Program-made: the position numbers and the translations under genes | Part shown: in pieces, positions 51,601 through 64,000 of the stretch | Numbering within the stretch: the first letter of the stretch is position 1 | How the letters are laid out: each line of letters starts with the position of its first letter | DNA from: Marsupella aquatica | Taxonomy: Eukaryota > Plantae > Marchantiophyta | DNA: 64,000 bases | Direction: 5' to 3' | NCBI GenBank assembly: GCA_973895155.1 | Contig: OZ316892.1 | Location: 14,810,861 to 14,874,860 of the forward strand | Notes under the pieces: model-generated | Told to the model about the DNA's origin: nothing | What the model saw: the letters and a program-made list of their open reading frames with translations, nothing else | The model's database searches: none

Positions 51601-54600
51601 TGTACTAGAGACAAATTCATCCGTTTCAGACATGTGCCGCTTACACCTTTTCTTGGCTGCAGTCTGCTCACACAATTAAGTCAAAACAAAGACTTGGTAA
51701 GACTCCCCAGCACACAGCATCAAAGGTGAGATCGGTCGAACTTTTTATGACAGGTACTCACCCACAATCTAGATGTCGTCCTACAGTATCAAAACTTGAA
51801 CCGGAAAAAGTGAAAACATCTCCCCCCCACCCCTGGCAACTGCTCCCCTCCTACTTTCACCTCTACAGGGAAACTACAAACTCAAGCGGAGGATATGATG
51901 AACCAACCTTGAAAAAGTTTCGCAGGATAATTTGAGCATCCAGTGTCAGAATGTCATGAAGCAGTGTGTAGATTTGAACAGCTGGTACCAAAGCTGGAGC
52001 AGCAGCGCCCACAGCTGGAAATGTGTCTGACATACCCGACGATGATGTCTCGTCTAATGACTTATAATTCTCAAATACCAGCGTCAGCAACTGAGAAACT
52101 TGATCTTCCACTTCTACCAATATTCGTTTCTGTCCAGCAAGAAAGGCACCAACCATTTAGCTTCAAGTGAACAGACGAGGTGACAATGCTGAGAACATAG
52201 CTGTTCTTGTGCAGGGATACAATAAGAGACTTGGTCGGCCCCCAGAAGAAGTTGCCATTGCATCCATATGTATCATAAAAGAGAAACCAAGGTTCGAACT
52301 CTGTCCTACTTCAAGAGGCTAGTGACAGTGGTTACTTATCCTCAGCGAAGTGATTACCTCTTGTCGATCAAGAGAACCTTCATCTCGAGTCTTGATGATT
52401 GGACAAAGAAGGTCATAAATAAGAACTAAACAGTCCTCTGTAGGAGTAGCGACTTCCATTACTGATGCCATATACCTGCGCCATTAAAATGACCAGTCAA
52501 CTTGTCACTCCAAAGATATTCTGATTTCCAAGACTACGTTTCAATTCCACAAACAGAGGTTACTAAGGAACAAAGGAAACCCCAGTCCAAACAGAATACG
52601 GACCTTAGTTTTGTGTAGGCTTCTGAAACACCATAATATGAAGCAAACTGGGAAAGCAGCCAGTTCCATGATCCCTGCAACCGTAGATTTCGCCGCTGGA
52701 ACCGCTCTGCTCTCATTGCTACTTCCAAGACAATGTCATATGCTAAAGTTTCGCCGACCACTCCCCACTGCCAATTCAAAGTTTGAATACAAGTCATGTT
52801 GTGCACGCAGTCCCCTCTTTAATCAAACAGGAATGCCTTTTAGCGTTGCAAACTTTTAAAAGGCAAGTACCCCTATCAACTTTTTCAGCTCGTCGAGAAC
52901 GATCCTGAAGACCTAAGTTGTCTGTATTCTATTTCACATCCTACCCCACCCTACGGTATACATACATTAATAACTTCGGTGTCCGTCAGGTGGACGGCAT
53001 AATGAAATCTTAAATGACATACTAATCTTGGAGGCACACCTTTGCATCCCCAAAATCACCAGATGGGGAATAGCTAATGGAAAGCTGAATCTTCCCGATA
53101 ACCTCGTGCTCTGGCTCAATATAGACAGAAAACCAGCGTACTCGATCGGTCTGCAAAAAAGCAACAATTACAAATCCTTAGCATTTGTCGTTTATGTGAA
53201 TCAACATCAAAACAAAATGGCCTACGGGGAAAGCCTAATAATCATATGCATACTACTGTCCTAAGCTTATCTTGAAAAATAGTCTTATAGTAACCCTCGG
53301 AGAGAAAATGAGACCATATTAACTTGGAGACAGGAAGAGTAAAACGAACGTAAACCGTCCTTTGGCATCAACATCTACCGTGAAACACACAAGGAGTGGA
53401 ATAGGATGCAAACTGACCGGATCATCATTCATAGAAGAAAGTGGAATGACACAACGACCCTGCGAGGCTCCGTTAATGTCTTGAACGTCAACCAGCAGCT
53501 CATCTGTTGGACTTTCCAAGAGGCTGCACAACTGCTTAGTTAGCAGCAGAAGATGGCATGTTTATACTCAATCTCCTTGGCCCGTGAGGACAGCTGACCA
53601 GTGGGCCCTAAAAGACCTCTGTATACACTCATCTTACCAAAAGTAGCTGGTTTATATTTCATTTGAGTGTACAATCCAAGTTATAGTACATGATGGACCA
53701 GAAGCAATATCGAGACTCTCCAGATTATGCCAAGAACGGAAGGATGAAAAGTGCTTACAAAACTGTGGTATCACCGGATCCCGGCTGCATCCGAACAGCT
53801 TCTATCTCTGTTGAGCTCTTCAATTTCAAAAGGCAAAACAACCCCTCTGCAAAACCATTCATTCGTCAGTAACGAGTTCAGAGTCGCAAAGGACGCCTAT
53901 CACAATACGAAGACATCAGCAAAGCTCATCTTCATGATCGAGAAGGACTCAAGGAAGGATGAAAACATTTTGATGTCAAAGATATTCTCTTCCAGGAAAA
54001 TCAACATAACCTCGAACCCAAGAACAGATTTCTAGTCTTAAACAAACCTTGTGGTCCTTCCAAAGCGTTGCTGCGGAGGCTATTGACCTTGTCCTTTAAA
54101 ATGCCAGAAACCTGTCGCATGTATTGAGCTCCAGCATTGACATAAGCGAGACTGCGCTGTGAAGCATTTCCCCGCGTGAGGATGGGTTGCATAAAGCGGA
54201 GTTTTCTCACTGCGGCCCATCCCGTCAAAAGAGGCGCCCGTATGTTAGCAGACCGAGAATCCACACTCGCAAAGAGAGATTCAAACTTTATCGATCTCAA
54301 AGATGGACATGTGCACCCAGTTGGCAGCTTCGATTTCGACATCTTGAATTTACACACTGCTCCCCACCCACCACCATATGTATGGGTAGGTCAGACTAGA
54401 CTTGCTTCTCCACATAGTAGAAAAGAGAAACAGCAATACCACACTACCACACATATCCCACACCTACAGCTTCAGCTTTCAGCACATCGTTTTCCTTCGT
54501 ATTATATAAGGTTACGTGCATCCGAAAGCTCGCTCCGCACCAAAAGACTGATGAATTCTTCCACTGTAGCTGGAAGCAAAGCGGGAAGATGAAGGGAAAG

Positions 54601-57600
54601 GAACACAGCGTATACTGACTGATACTCGGACCATTTACCTTGAACTTTGAGCTTGCCCACATTACGTTTGGGCTTAGATGCGGCTGTTGCTTCTGTATCA
54701 TCAGACACTCCCTTCCTTTTCATTTCTTCGTATGGCTGCAAGAGAAGTTGTTGCAAACTGCAACCATCCACAGACGTACAACCACAACAATGAGGTGAAT
54801 TTTACCTCAAGGTCCATCTGCCTTAGACTGATCTTAGAGTAATCTAGCTCGTACAAGATTATCTATTTGCAGTACCATTGAAGAAGTAGACTTCACCTAC
54901 CCGAAGCACTCTCGAAGTAAAGTACACTCATCCTGTAAAAACTCAGGAGCCTCTGGACAACCTCTAGCCCAGGCTCCAAGACAAAGACGCACACACGCAT
55001 CATATGCAATCAAAGCCTGCCACGCAGCTTGGCCACTGCACAGTTGAACACACCAGAAGCAAAGACCCGGTCAGAATTTGATGTGTCATCACAATGGCAT
55101 AACTTTCATTGCCTGTAGGAGGACTACTGCTCCTTAACGAGATCAGCCTAAACTTGTATATAGTTTCTTACTGTACTGGGTTCTTTTGCACCAAACATGA
55201 AAGTTTCAACCATCGGTATACACGAAGGCAGTTGAAATCACCCGTTGAGGAGGAAATGCATGTCTACGAGATCCAAGGCGGTATGATTACCTCACAAACT
55301 ACCTCCAATTGCGGTGTCAGACTGAAACAGAATGGATTGCATATAGAAGTGAACCTGATATAGGTAGGCGGGGGATGACTCAGAGAGTAAGTTGACTGTT
55401 TGGTAGAGACAAAACTTTCTTCTGCTGCAAGTCCGGAGACAGACCTGACGGACCAGAATACAAGCAGAGAGGCAAAGTCAATACTGAGGCCGGCGAGAAA
55501 ACCACAACTTGCAGAAGAAACATCGTGGGAGAGGACTCTTGCATAAAGCACTGAAACACAGACATAGACGTTCTACAATCTAACACCATATCTTTTGTAT
55601 CAGAGTATTCGCTCATTCACCCCAATATTATATTGAAATACTGTACATACAATCAATAGTTAGAACAGAATGACTGCACATTTTTGAAATCGTTTTCTAT
55701 GCATGTAGGATAAATGTCATGATCTATATCCTCTACAGACAATCTTTGACCGACAATGTAGTACCTGGCAGGTTGTTCATCTTGTCTGACAGATCCGCTG
55801 GGTTCTCTTTCCCTCGGGCGGGTGACAGATGTTGACTTGGATGCCAAATTTGCAGGCACCGAAGTTTTCACTTCAGATGATGGCTCGACTGACATTGAAG
55901 CCAACATCGGGGGTGCGCTTGGTGGAAGACCAATGCTGTCAGACTGACTTCTACGCAGGTCTTGACTAGTGTCGGGAGTCTGTCAGCAACAATGCCATAT
56001 TAGAGATGCAAAGTTAAGAGAGATCGCCATACTAAGGGGTGCAAACAGAAAGGCACCTAGATTACATCTCCTACTAGAAACGAGAGATTCTGCGTCTGGA
56101 GGCCCAGAAGCTAAACTTTACTCGGGCTCACGACCTTCCAGTGCACTTGAGGTTTCTCGGTAGCTTTATTCACCGAAGAGGTCAAAGTTGATTGTATTGA
56201 TGAATCCAGGAAAATAGCAAATGTCCTTATTCACCTGGAATTTCAAACTCGAATCAGATGCCCACAGTCGTGAATGAGGGCTCCCCTCCTTCGAGATTCC
56301 CTCCTGCTTCTCCTATACACAAATGTCCAGAGGGCTTCAGCATATAGCTCGTCATTTGAAATAATTCGTATAACTAAATTCGCCCAACGTGAGCTTCCAG
56401 CCTAGATCCCAGGCTTTCTTGAGAAGACAACACTGGAGAAGTACTGACTAATAGTGAGGCTTACGAACTGGAAGATGAAGAACGTCAAAGGACAGAAATC
56501 GGAGACCACCAATGTCTTCCTTATATAAGCTCGTCGACTAAAGATTGTCTACGACTACAGCTCAAGCAGCTCCGTCAGGAAGAGAGCCTCTTCAGCGCAT
56601 TGAAAATATCTAAGCACCGAATGTCACCTCGTCAAGTAGACGTTGAACTACACCAGGAACTCCAAGCGATTCACGACGATTGAAATCCTTCGGATAGCGA
56701 AGCTGATCTACAGCTATTGCAGGATAATTGCTGCGGTTGGTCTGGGTCCTTGCAGATTGTTCTTGCAGCAGGCTGTCCGTAATCTCTTCATCTGAGCCTT
56801 CAACATCAGAAGATTGCTGCGTACTACGTGGACCCAATTTGTCACTGCCGTCTTCGTGGAAGTCATTATCAAAGTATTCTCCTCCTCTTACTGTCTGCTC
56901 GTCCAACCACGGGTAGCTATCTCCAGCAGACTGAGACAGTCTACGGTTGCCTTCTTGAGGGTAATCTTTCGTCGACTCGGTTTGCCCTCCTCCTCCTGCC
57001 TCACTTGAGCCGACCGTGGCGGTGGCAGCCTCACGCTGATGGAGGACATCAAAACTAGTGGTCTCGGTCTCGGGCTGACGCAGGACATCAAAACTGGGGG
57101 TGGCGGATTGCGTTTCTTGTTGCTCATACTCTGAATAGAACCCCCCCTGTTCAGCTCCAGAACCTTCCAGGTGGTCATACCTGCCTTTCGCCTGCTGTTG
57201 GTGTACTGAAGGACTGTCGCGATTCGGCCTTGGCGTGGAGAAGTAACGATCCACGAAATCATCCAATTTCTTGGGCGGAATCGCACTGAAATGGTTGTCG
57301 ACTTTTCTACTATCAGCGGCATCACTTCGCTCACCATGCGGTCCACCATACACTGTGGAGGTGGTCTTATGGCCGGTCCTCCGAGGGCTCTCTGAGGAGG
57401 TGGTTTCCTCTGAGTCGTCCGAAACGTCTGTGTCGTAAGAATCATCATTGCATCCAGAGATGGAACCTACACTCTCCTCCCAGTCATCGCTTGTGTATGC
57501 CGTGTGAAGATTCGAGGGCTGCTGGCTTCGCAGGAGCCCAGAATGCATGTGGCCATTTGCGAGCTGTGAAGGAGGTAGACCAAATTTTGAATTACTTCTA

Positions 57601-58453
57601 ACTCGTCGTCCTGACAGTGACCCAAGATCGCGGCCGAGGTTGAGACTCGCTTCCCCTGTAGGCGATGACACCTTGGACGCACTTTTTTCCTGCACGAGGG
57701 ACGACGATAGCACTGCAATGTCATGAGCAGTGTCAGGCTTGGTTTTCCTCACTCAAATCTCATTCCCATCCATGCGTTCTTGAGAGGGCACAGCCATTCC
57801 GCCCAAAACAAACAGATTTTTGGCGGGAACTTCAGCTTCTTTTATCACCAACACCAATCCACCGAAGCAAGTTGATGACTTCCCAATTAAGATAGACAGA
57901 AAAGACAAGTTCATGACGGAGCAACGGTCTTAATTGGACAAAATGTAGAGGTTAGCAAAACATAAGCCAGCTTCTTTGCTGGCAACCAGGAGGCGTTCAG
58001 CATTGTCGCTCGTGTTTATGACTCCACTACGGTAAACGGACCACAGATTGAATTCCTCAATCGTCGGGTTTTTGTAGCCCACGCTCGAGACGACGTCCAC
58101 TAAGTATACTACCGGGGTGGGTCATCAGGATTACGAAAAAGAAAAAATTTGCAGCAAAAAAACCAACTAACAACTGAAAAGGCTACTGTGGTTGGGTCCC
58201 ACGTCGTGATGGCTCCCACAGAAATCACTCCGAGGGAAACAAGCCAAATAACGTCCACAGTACTGATAACATTTAAGCCATCCTCGTTCCGTTCACGTCA
58301 GTCAGTGGCGTCTCAACAACAAAGCAAACCTGGGTTTAGGCCACCAGCGCGAGCTGCTGCTATTTGGGCGTGATGTTCGTTCTTGAAAGTGAGAATCGGT
58401 ACCTCTTTCCGGATCCACTGAAGAGCATTGTGATCAAGCCCATCCGTGAACAT
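48674..58453 (-). CDS. Conserved plant uncharacterised protein, At4g24610/At5g65440-like family (C2-like plus long helical region), more than 20 exons
   Basis: First exon 58453-58403 reads MFTDGLDHNALQWIRKE. Later exons encode AYDACVRLCLGAWARGCPEAPEFLQDECTLLRSAFG, RWFSVYIEPEHEVIGKIQL, ETLAYDIVLEVAM, FENYKSLDE, AAKKRCKRHMSETDEFV and FLENRKENRSWYKGS. The last exon ends HALQEKDLDPPRSVMEARTMLSKD...Y*. Family assignment is from recalled sequence, and some middle exon borders are unresolved. Confidence 0.85.
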
Positions 58454-59569
58454 GGCTACTATGTCGCTCCTCAGCTGGCCTTGCACATTATCTCCTCCTG
58501 TCCCTCACTCGGAGCGGAATCACACCCGCACAGCAGGCTTTGACAAATACGTCCGTCGTTCCTCCTCTACAATGCGGGCTTCATATTCCGCTCCCTACTG
58601 CAAACTGCCGGTCTCATCGACACGTAACATCGGCAGAGGTAAAAACTCCCCTCAGCTCAGCTTAGCTCAGCTTAGCTCCACGCTGTCAATCAGATGCTTT
58701 GTTTCTTTCTTCCTTTCCTCTCGGCATTATGAGCAGGATCGTTGTACGATCACAAACTTAGCTCTGGCCAAATAAACCCACGGCCTGGTGTGTTCTTCGA
58801 CCTTTAGAGCAGGACAGAGCACGCCGGTTCCTATTGTGCTCTGTTCTTCGCTGTTCTGTTCTTACTCACAAGCTGCTGGCCACTGCAGGGCTTGCTCAAG
58901 ATTGCTCAACTAAGACTCATAATGCAGACTCCTTCAACTCGTCCTTCTCTCCCCCTCCTCCTGCTTCTGCTGCTTAGCTCCTTCCCTTCTCTCCTTCCTG
59001 CCCGCTCGAAGCTAGCTGCTCCTGTTCAGTCAAACAGCCAACAACCATCCATCACCAACGGCGGGTTGAGGAGGGACGAAAAAAAAACAGATTGGTTTGG
59101 TCTCTGCTCCTTCCATCATTGGGTAACGATTGGCAACGAACCAAACCGGCCTGAGCTTTCCTTACAGCGTAACTATATCCTATCATAAAAGATTGTGAGA
59201 GACAAGTACAACAAGAAAGCGACAATGCAAATCACACCCCGCAGTCCAGTACAGTCCGTAGCTTTCTTTGCGACCACGCACAATACAGCACCGGCGAACC
59301 ACAATGCCACTCACATCCTACGTGCATCCTGTCGAACATTCATTCATCTGTCACACAATCACTCACCTCCACTCGCCAATCAGCTGCTTCTTTCACCAAA
59401 GCCCCATTAAGTTCTCAAGCTCCCGTCCCTCCCTCCGTCCCTCCTCCCGCTGCCGCTGCTCTGCTGATGTCGCTGCTGTTCTTCGTCGTGACGGCACCCG
59501 CATCACCAACCAGCAAACGATCTGCGGTTTTGCCCAGCGAGCGAGCGTGCGTGCCTGCGTGCGTGCGTG

Positions 59570-60400
59570 GGCGAGAGAGAGCTGCTCGCTGCTTCTCCGC
59601 TTCGCTCTGCTTAGAGCTTGCTCGTCACGTCGTCGGGTGACATCCAAGTGCGGTGCTCGACCTTCCTCCTTCGCAAATTACCAGCACTATACTACACTAC
59701 TAGATCGCCCGTCGTCAGCGAGCGAGACGAGACGAGACGACGAGACAGAGACGACGAGACAGAGACAAGAGACAGTCAGGCAAGAGTTGTCTCTGTTGCA
59801 TCCTGCAAGAGAGCTGTTGAGAATCTGGCCTGACCCTTTCCGGTCCGCTGATGTCGCGTCTGGTTTGGCACAGTCGGGACTAGTCCTGTCTCCGCCCTTT
59901 GCCAATGCACTCCGCTCCGGTCTGGTGTTGGCGACGAATCAATCGAAAACGGCGTCGCGCTAGTATTACCGTATTCAACGTACCGTATCGGTACGTTGGG
60001 TAAAGGCAAATGCAGCGCAGAGACTGGACGAGAGCGCGAGGACTGGAGGGCATGCATGCCTGTCTCCCTCCATCCATGCAATTCTTTTGTTGCGCGACGA
60101 AGGACGCGAATCACAAAAGAATAGGAACGGAACGAAAGTAAAGGAAAGGGAAGGAAACGAAAGGAAAGGGAAGGGAACGCAGGAAAGGAAAGGAAAGGAA
60201 AGAAAAGGAAAGGAAAGGAAAAGAAAAGGAAAGGAAAGGAAAAGAAAAGAAGAATACGAGAAGGCTCTCCTCCCAACGTCCCATTTCTATTCTCGTCATG
60301 TGATGCCATCCACGGTCGTGAGCGTGTCCGATGACTTTCGCACCGTGCGATCCTCCAATGCCAAGCCATGCTATGCTCTGCCATGCCATGCCATCTCATC
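59570..60400. repeat. Microsatellite-rich GC-rich leader/promoter region
   Basis: (GAGAC)n at about 59723-59773, a long (GAAAG/GAAAA)n purine tract at about 60130-60252, and (GCCAT)n at about 60355-60395. Confidence 0.85.
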
Positions 60401-62097
60401 CTGGGAGGTTCCTTTGCGTTCAAGTACTCTCGTCACCAATAGTCCGAGACAGCGTCGAGGCCACCGTGGGTGTTTTCTTTTTGGCCAGTCTGACGAATTC
60501 CCATTGTGTGAAGCAGAAGATGATGCTGAGCTGAAAATATTCTTTATTTAGTTTTTCTACATTAATTTCGACTGTAAGATCTTCCTAGATTTAATGATGG
60601 ATCTGCCATGGGGATCGTGATGCACGAGAGATTCAAAATATCAGATTATGTGGGACAGAGTATCAACATATGAGGTGATGTGCAGTCCAAGCTTGGAACT
60701 CAGCTTACCATTTCCAATAGGACAAATGAATATCACACTAGTTAACGTACCTCCAATGTGTTTTGAACGAAAGATATGTAGGAAGCAAGAATTTGGATTA
60801 TGAGCCGTGACCTGAGTACTAGAATTTATTTGAGGATTACTTGGTTATGTAAGCTTATTTTATTGAACTATTTGGAGTCATGAACAATTGCATGTTAGAA
60901 TAGATAGATGAAAGGACAAACATTAAGTGGAGGATTCTATATGAAGTGAATTTTAAAGGTAGTTAGGACAATTTCATTGAAAAATTCTGCTAGACAGGGG
61001 CACTCTGTAGACTGGGTAATACCAAGGGTAATTATCCATGCAAAATGTTTAGTTTAGTATCTTTATGACATACAATACATGTAACATTCCATATAGTTCA
61101 AGCAATATATTATTTTGTCCACAGTAGTGGAAAGGTCTTAGAGTCCCTTGATATTGCTCTACTCATAATAGTTATGGTGTTTCTTACCTTTACTTGTTAC
61201 TCCTTTATCCATAGCAGCCAAAGGGTTTCTTAAGCTACCTTGGTAAATGTTCGAGAAGTTGAAAAGTTTATTGGATTTCTTATGCTACCCTTGGTACATT
61301 AAATAGAAAATTGAATCAGATTACGAGAAAACACTGATATATCAATCACAACTAATCCAAAGAATATTTTTTCACCCCTATTTTTCCCTTTTCTTTGTTT
61401 ACTTGAAATCTTACTTCTTTAATAGTCCATTGTTTTTAGAGTTATGGGGTCTGGTTTTTCTTTGCCTTGCATGCCTCAAACACTAATAGTTAAATTTGGT
61501 TCTTCTTGCATAATTGATGGTTCTTGTTTGTGACAAACCATGCTGATGTGGTTGCACATGCATTTAGGAATTTTGGAAGTTTCCCATGGGATTCATAAAT
61601 ATACTACGGAAGTGAGAACTACATATGACTTGGAGTGGGCAGAGAGGGTGGGGGAGTGCAACCGCAAGGACTTCATTTCTTTTCATGACCCTCCTATGCG
61701 GTTTGCCCAAAAGCTCTAGTAGGCATTTCAGTGTGCTCCTCAATAAGTATTTTGTTCAGTATTTTGTTTGCCATTGTGGAGGACTCCTATAAGGGACTGT
61801 CCGGCTCTTGGACTCTATGATGTTCTTGGATTTTTCTTGTTTTCTTCCCTTTGATGCCTTTCTTTTTTGCACAATGTGATAAAATAGTTACTTGGATCAA
61901 ACTTCAGCATACTAAGTTAGAAAAATGCTTCCCAAGGGGGGCCCACTTCCTTGCCTAACAAAAAGATAAGTGAATGGACTTGAGATTCTTGCTTTTGAAT
62001 AACTCTTCATCAGTTGTTTGCATGTTGCTTAGCTCTTTGGTATATGAATTACTTGGATGTTACTGACTTGTTGTTGGTGAGGCACTTATGATGGGGT

Positions 62098-64000
62098 TGT
62101 TGGATGTGATGACGACCAGACTTAGTACCGTCCTTAGTAGTAAATTAGGCTAATTTACTTATTGTCATTAATGTGCGCTATATGTCCGGACGTAATCTCA
62201 GATTTAATCCTGTCCTTATCACTCTGATCCTCTTAGTTTGTCTTTTTGCTTAGGCCTTATCGCTTCTATCTAGTCTCTTCTGGATCAGCTGTATGTGGAC
62301 CGTCGGCGGCTCACCCTCCCTTTGCCTCATGTATTTTAGCTGAGGCTTTACGGGTGTTTTAGTATCAGGTCTACACTTAAATTTGATCATGGTATCAGAG
62401 CCACTCAATGTGGTCTTAGAGAACTAGAAGAGTACTCTAACTTAGAAGCGAAGTCTCTAAGTCTAGGTCTAGTGGATCTATAGGTCTATATACGTGCTCC
62501 AAGTAACATAATTCTTGGTCCCATTGAGCTAGCTCCATAGCTAACTATTCTAGCACCTGTTAATGATACCAGACTAATGCATATTGTACTTTGTGGACTC
62601 CCAAAGAGCTGGGGTCCTTTTATTTCCGTTTTTGGTTCTGATCTCAACACGCAACCACAGCCAACTTACTCCAATCTCATGGAACAACTTAAAGCTGAAA
62701 AATACTGGCAACGTGGGTATCAGGAGGATCCCACACAACCAGGCACACGACAAGCTTTTCTCAATTCTTGTTTTTGAAATACCTCAAGGGGAAGGGGTCA
62801 TGGTTTTCGCCAATAGAATTATTAGTGTCCACGTTTTGACAATCAAAATAATCAAACTTAGTAGAGAGGTAGTTGATTGTGGTAGGGGACGAGTTGGCTC
62901 AGCAACTACTACAACAAGCAAGGCCACGAGGAAGTAGATTGTAATTTGAAGAAATTGGATGATCAAATCTCCCAGCTCCAACGGCGTGCATCTAACTTAC
63001 ATTGGTTTAAGCCTCAGGCTCACTTCACCAAAACTGCCAATGATCACGAAGTTACACAAGCAGATTTCTCTGATCTCTTTCCAAGAGAAATTGATGCTAA
63101 TCTCATTGACCTAGGACCCGAATGGTACTTGGACTCATGAGCCAGCAACCATATTGTTGGAGAAAATGTAGAGTTGTTTGAGTTTGCCCTTAGCCAGCAT
63201 TTCTTGTGGACCCTTTGTAACTATAGCAGGAGGCTCCAAGCTCCTAATTTTGGGAAAAGGGGCTGCCAAGGTTGCTAATAAAGTTGTACGCAATGTTCTA
63301 TATGTGCCTGGTGTCCATAAGAATCTAATGTCTATTGGCAAGTTGATTGATATGGGACATATCGTTCTGTTTTATTCCAAAGAATGCTATGTCTTTCATA
63401 GGGACAACCCTCAACTTGTAGCCTTATGCGCCACATGCAACCCACGCAACGGCCTGTATTGACTATCAGCTACCATGTGTGCTCAGCTAAAAGTCTCCCA
63501 ATCATCGAGTCACAATCAACACTGTCATTGCAATCACACAAAAAACAACTTCTTCAGCGTCTTGTTCATACGATTGCCCAACAAGCCAACCCAGCTTCTC
63601 CACAAGCACTTGAGATCACTCACACTTCCCACTTGTAGTTTATCTTTGGCATCGACGTCTCAACCACCTCAACTGTCAGTTGATTTACCATATGACTAAA
63701 CATAATTTAGTCTCTTGTATTCCCATGTTGTCGTCGGCAACAGGCAATCCTCCTACATCCTGGCCAAACATCATCGTGAACGGGTCCCCAAGATGTCCAA
63801 CTCTAAATCGTCTCCCCGATCGCCTCAACCATTTCAACTAGTACACTCCAATCTGTGTGGGCTAGTTAACACTTCATTTACACAGAAGTAAGTCCTTACA
63901 TTCATTGACGACTATTCCAGATTCACTTGGATGTACTTCCTAGCTCAGAAAAGACAAATGTTTGCAATTTTTTAGGACTTCAAAGCAATAGTTGAAACAC
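62098..64000 (+). mobile_element. Degenerate Ty1/Copia element (5' LTR, PBS, gag-protease-integrase remnants), continues beyond the window
   Basis: ...GATCA then PBS TGGTATCAGAGC at 62390-62401. gag remnant IVLCGLPKSW. Protease WYLDS*ASNH with a stop in the DSG motif, then NVLYVPGVHKNLMSIGKL. Integrase LVHSNLCG...FIDDYSRFTWMYFL with stops. The LTR start is uncertain (TGTTGG at 62098 or 62072). Confidence 0.9.

Noticed and set aside
52790-53410. Apparently missing exon in the At4g24610-like gene
   Set aside because: The exon was found at about 53150-53040 (TDRVRWFSVYIEPEHEVIGKIQL...). It was simply absent from the ORF track.
59268-60551. ORFs of 150-230 aa on both strands
   Set aside because: They are translations of GAAAG/GAGAC microsatellites (FPFLF, ERKGK runs) and are not credible proteins.

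Overview
Intron-rich land-plant nuclear DNA, probably from a non-seed plant such as a bryophyte; the taxon is an impression, not demonstrated. Six protein-coding genes were assembled by hand from GT-AG splice sites: the 3' part of an M18 aspartyl aminopeptidase (+), a 3-exon P-type PPR protein (-), two 9-exon CLC-f-type anion transporter paralogues in divergent orientation (- at 15.1-22.6 kb, + at 42.1-47.0 kb), a CAF-1 large subunit FAS1 (-) between them, and a large multi-exon gene of the At4g24610-like uncharacterised family (-). Mobile DNA includes an internally deleted Copia with both LTRs and a TSD, a degenerate Copia at the right edge, a CACTA-ended MITE, and a MITE with a 9-bp TSD. The most striking structure is a ~3.8-kb palindrome at 8.8-12.6 kb. 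It resolves into two head-to-head Helitron-like elements, each inserted at the mirror-image A|T site of a short palindromic repeat unit, with empty copies of that unit on both sides. Also notable: one CLC-f paralogue has a ~700-aa N-terminal extension containing five ~89-aa repeats and lies between two ~1.4-kb diverged direct repeats. All coordinates were read by eye and no database searches were run.
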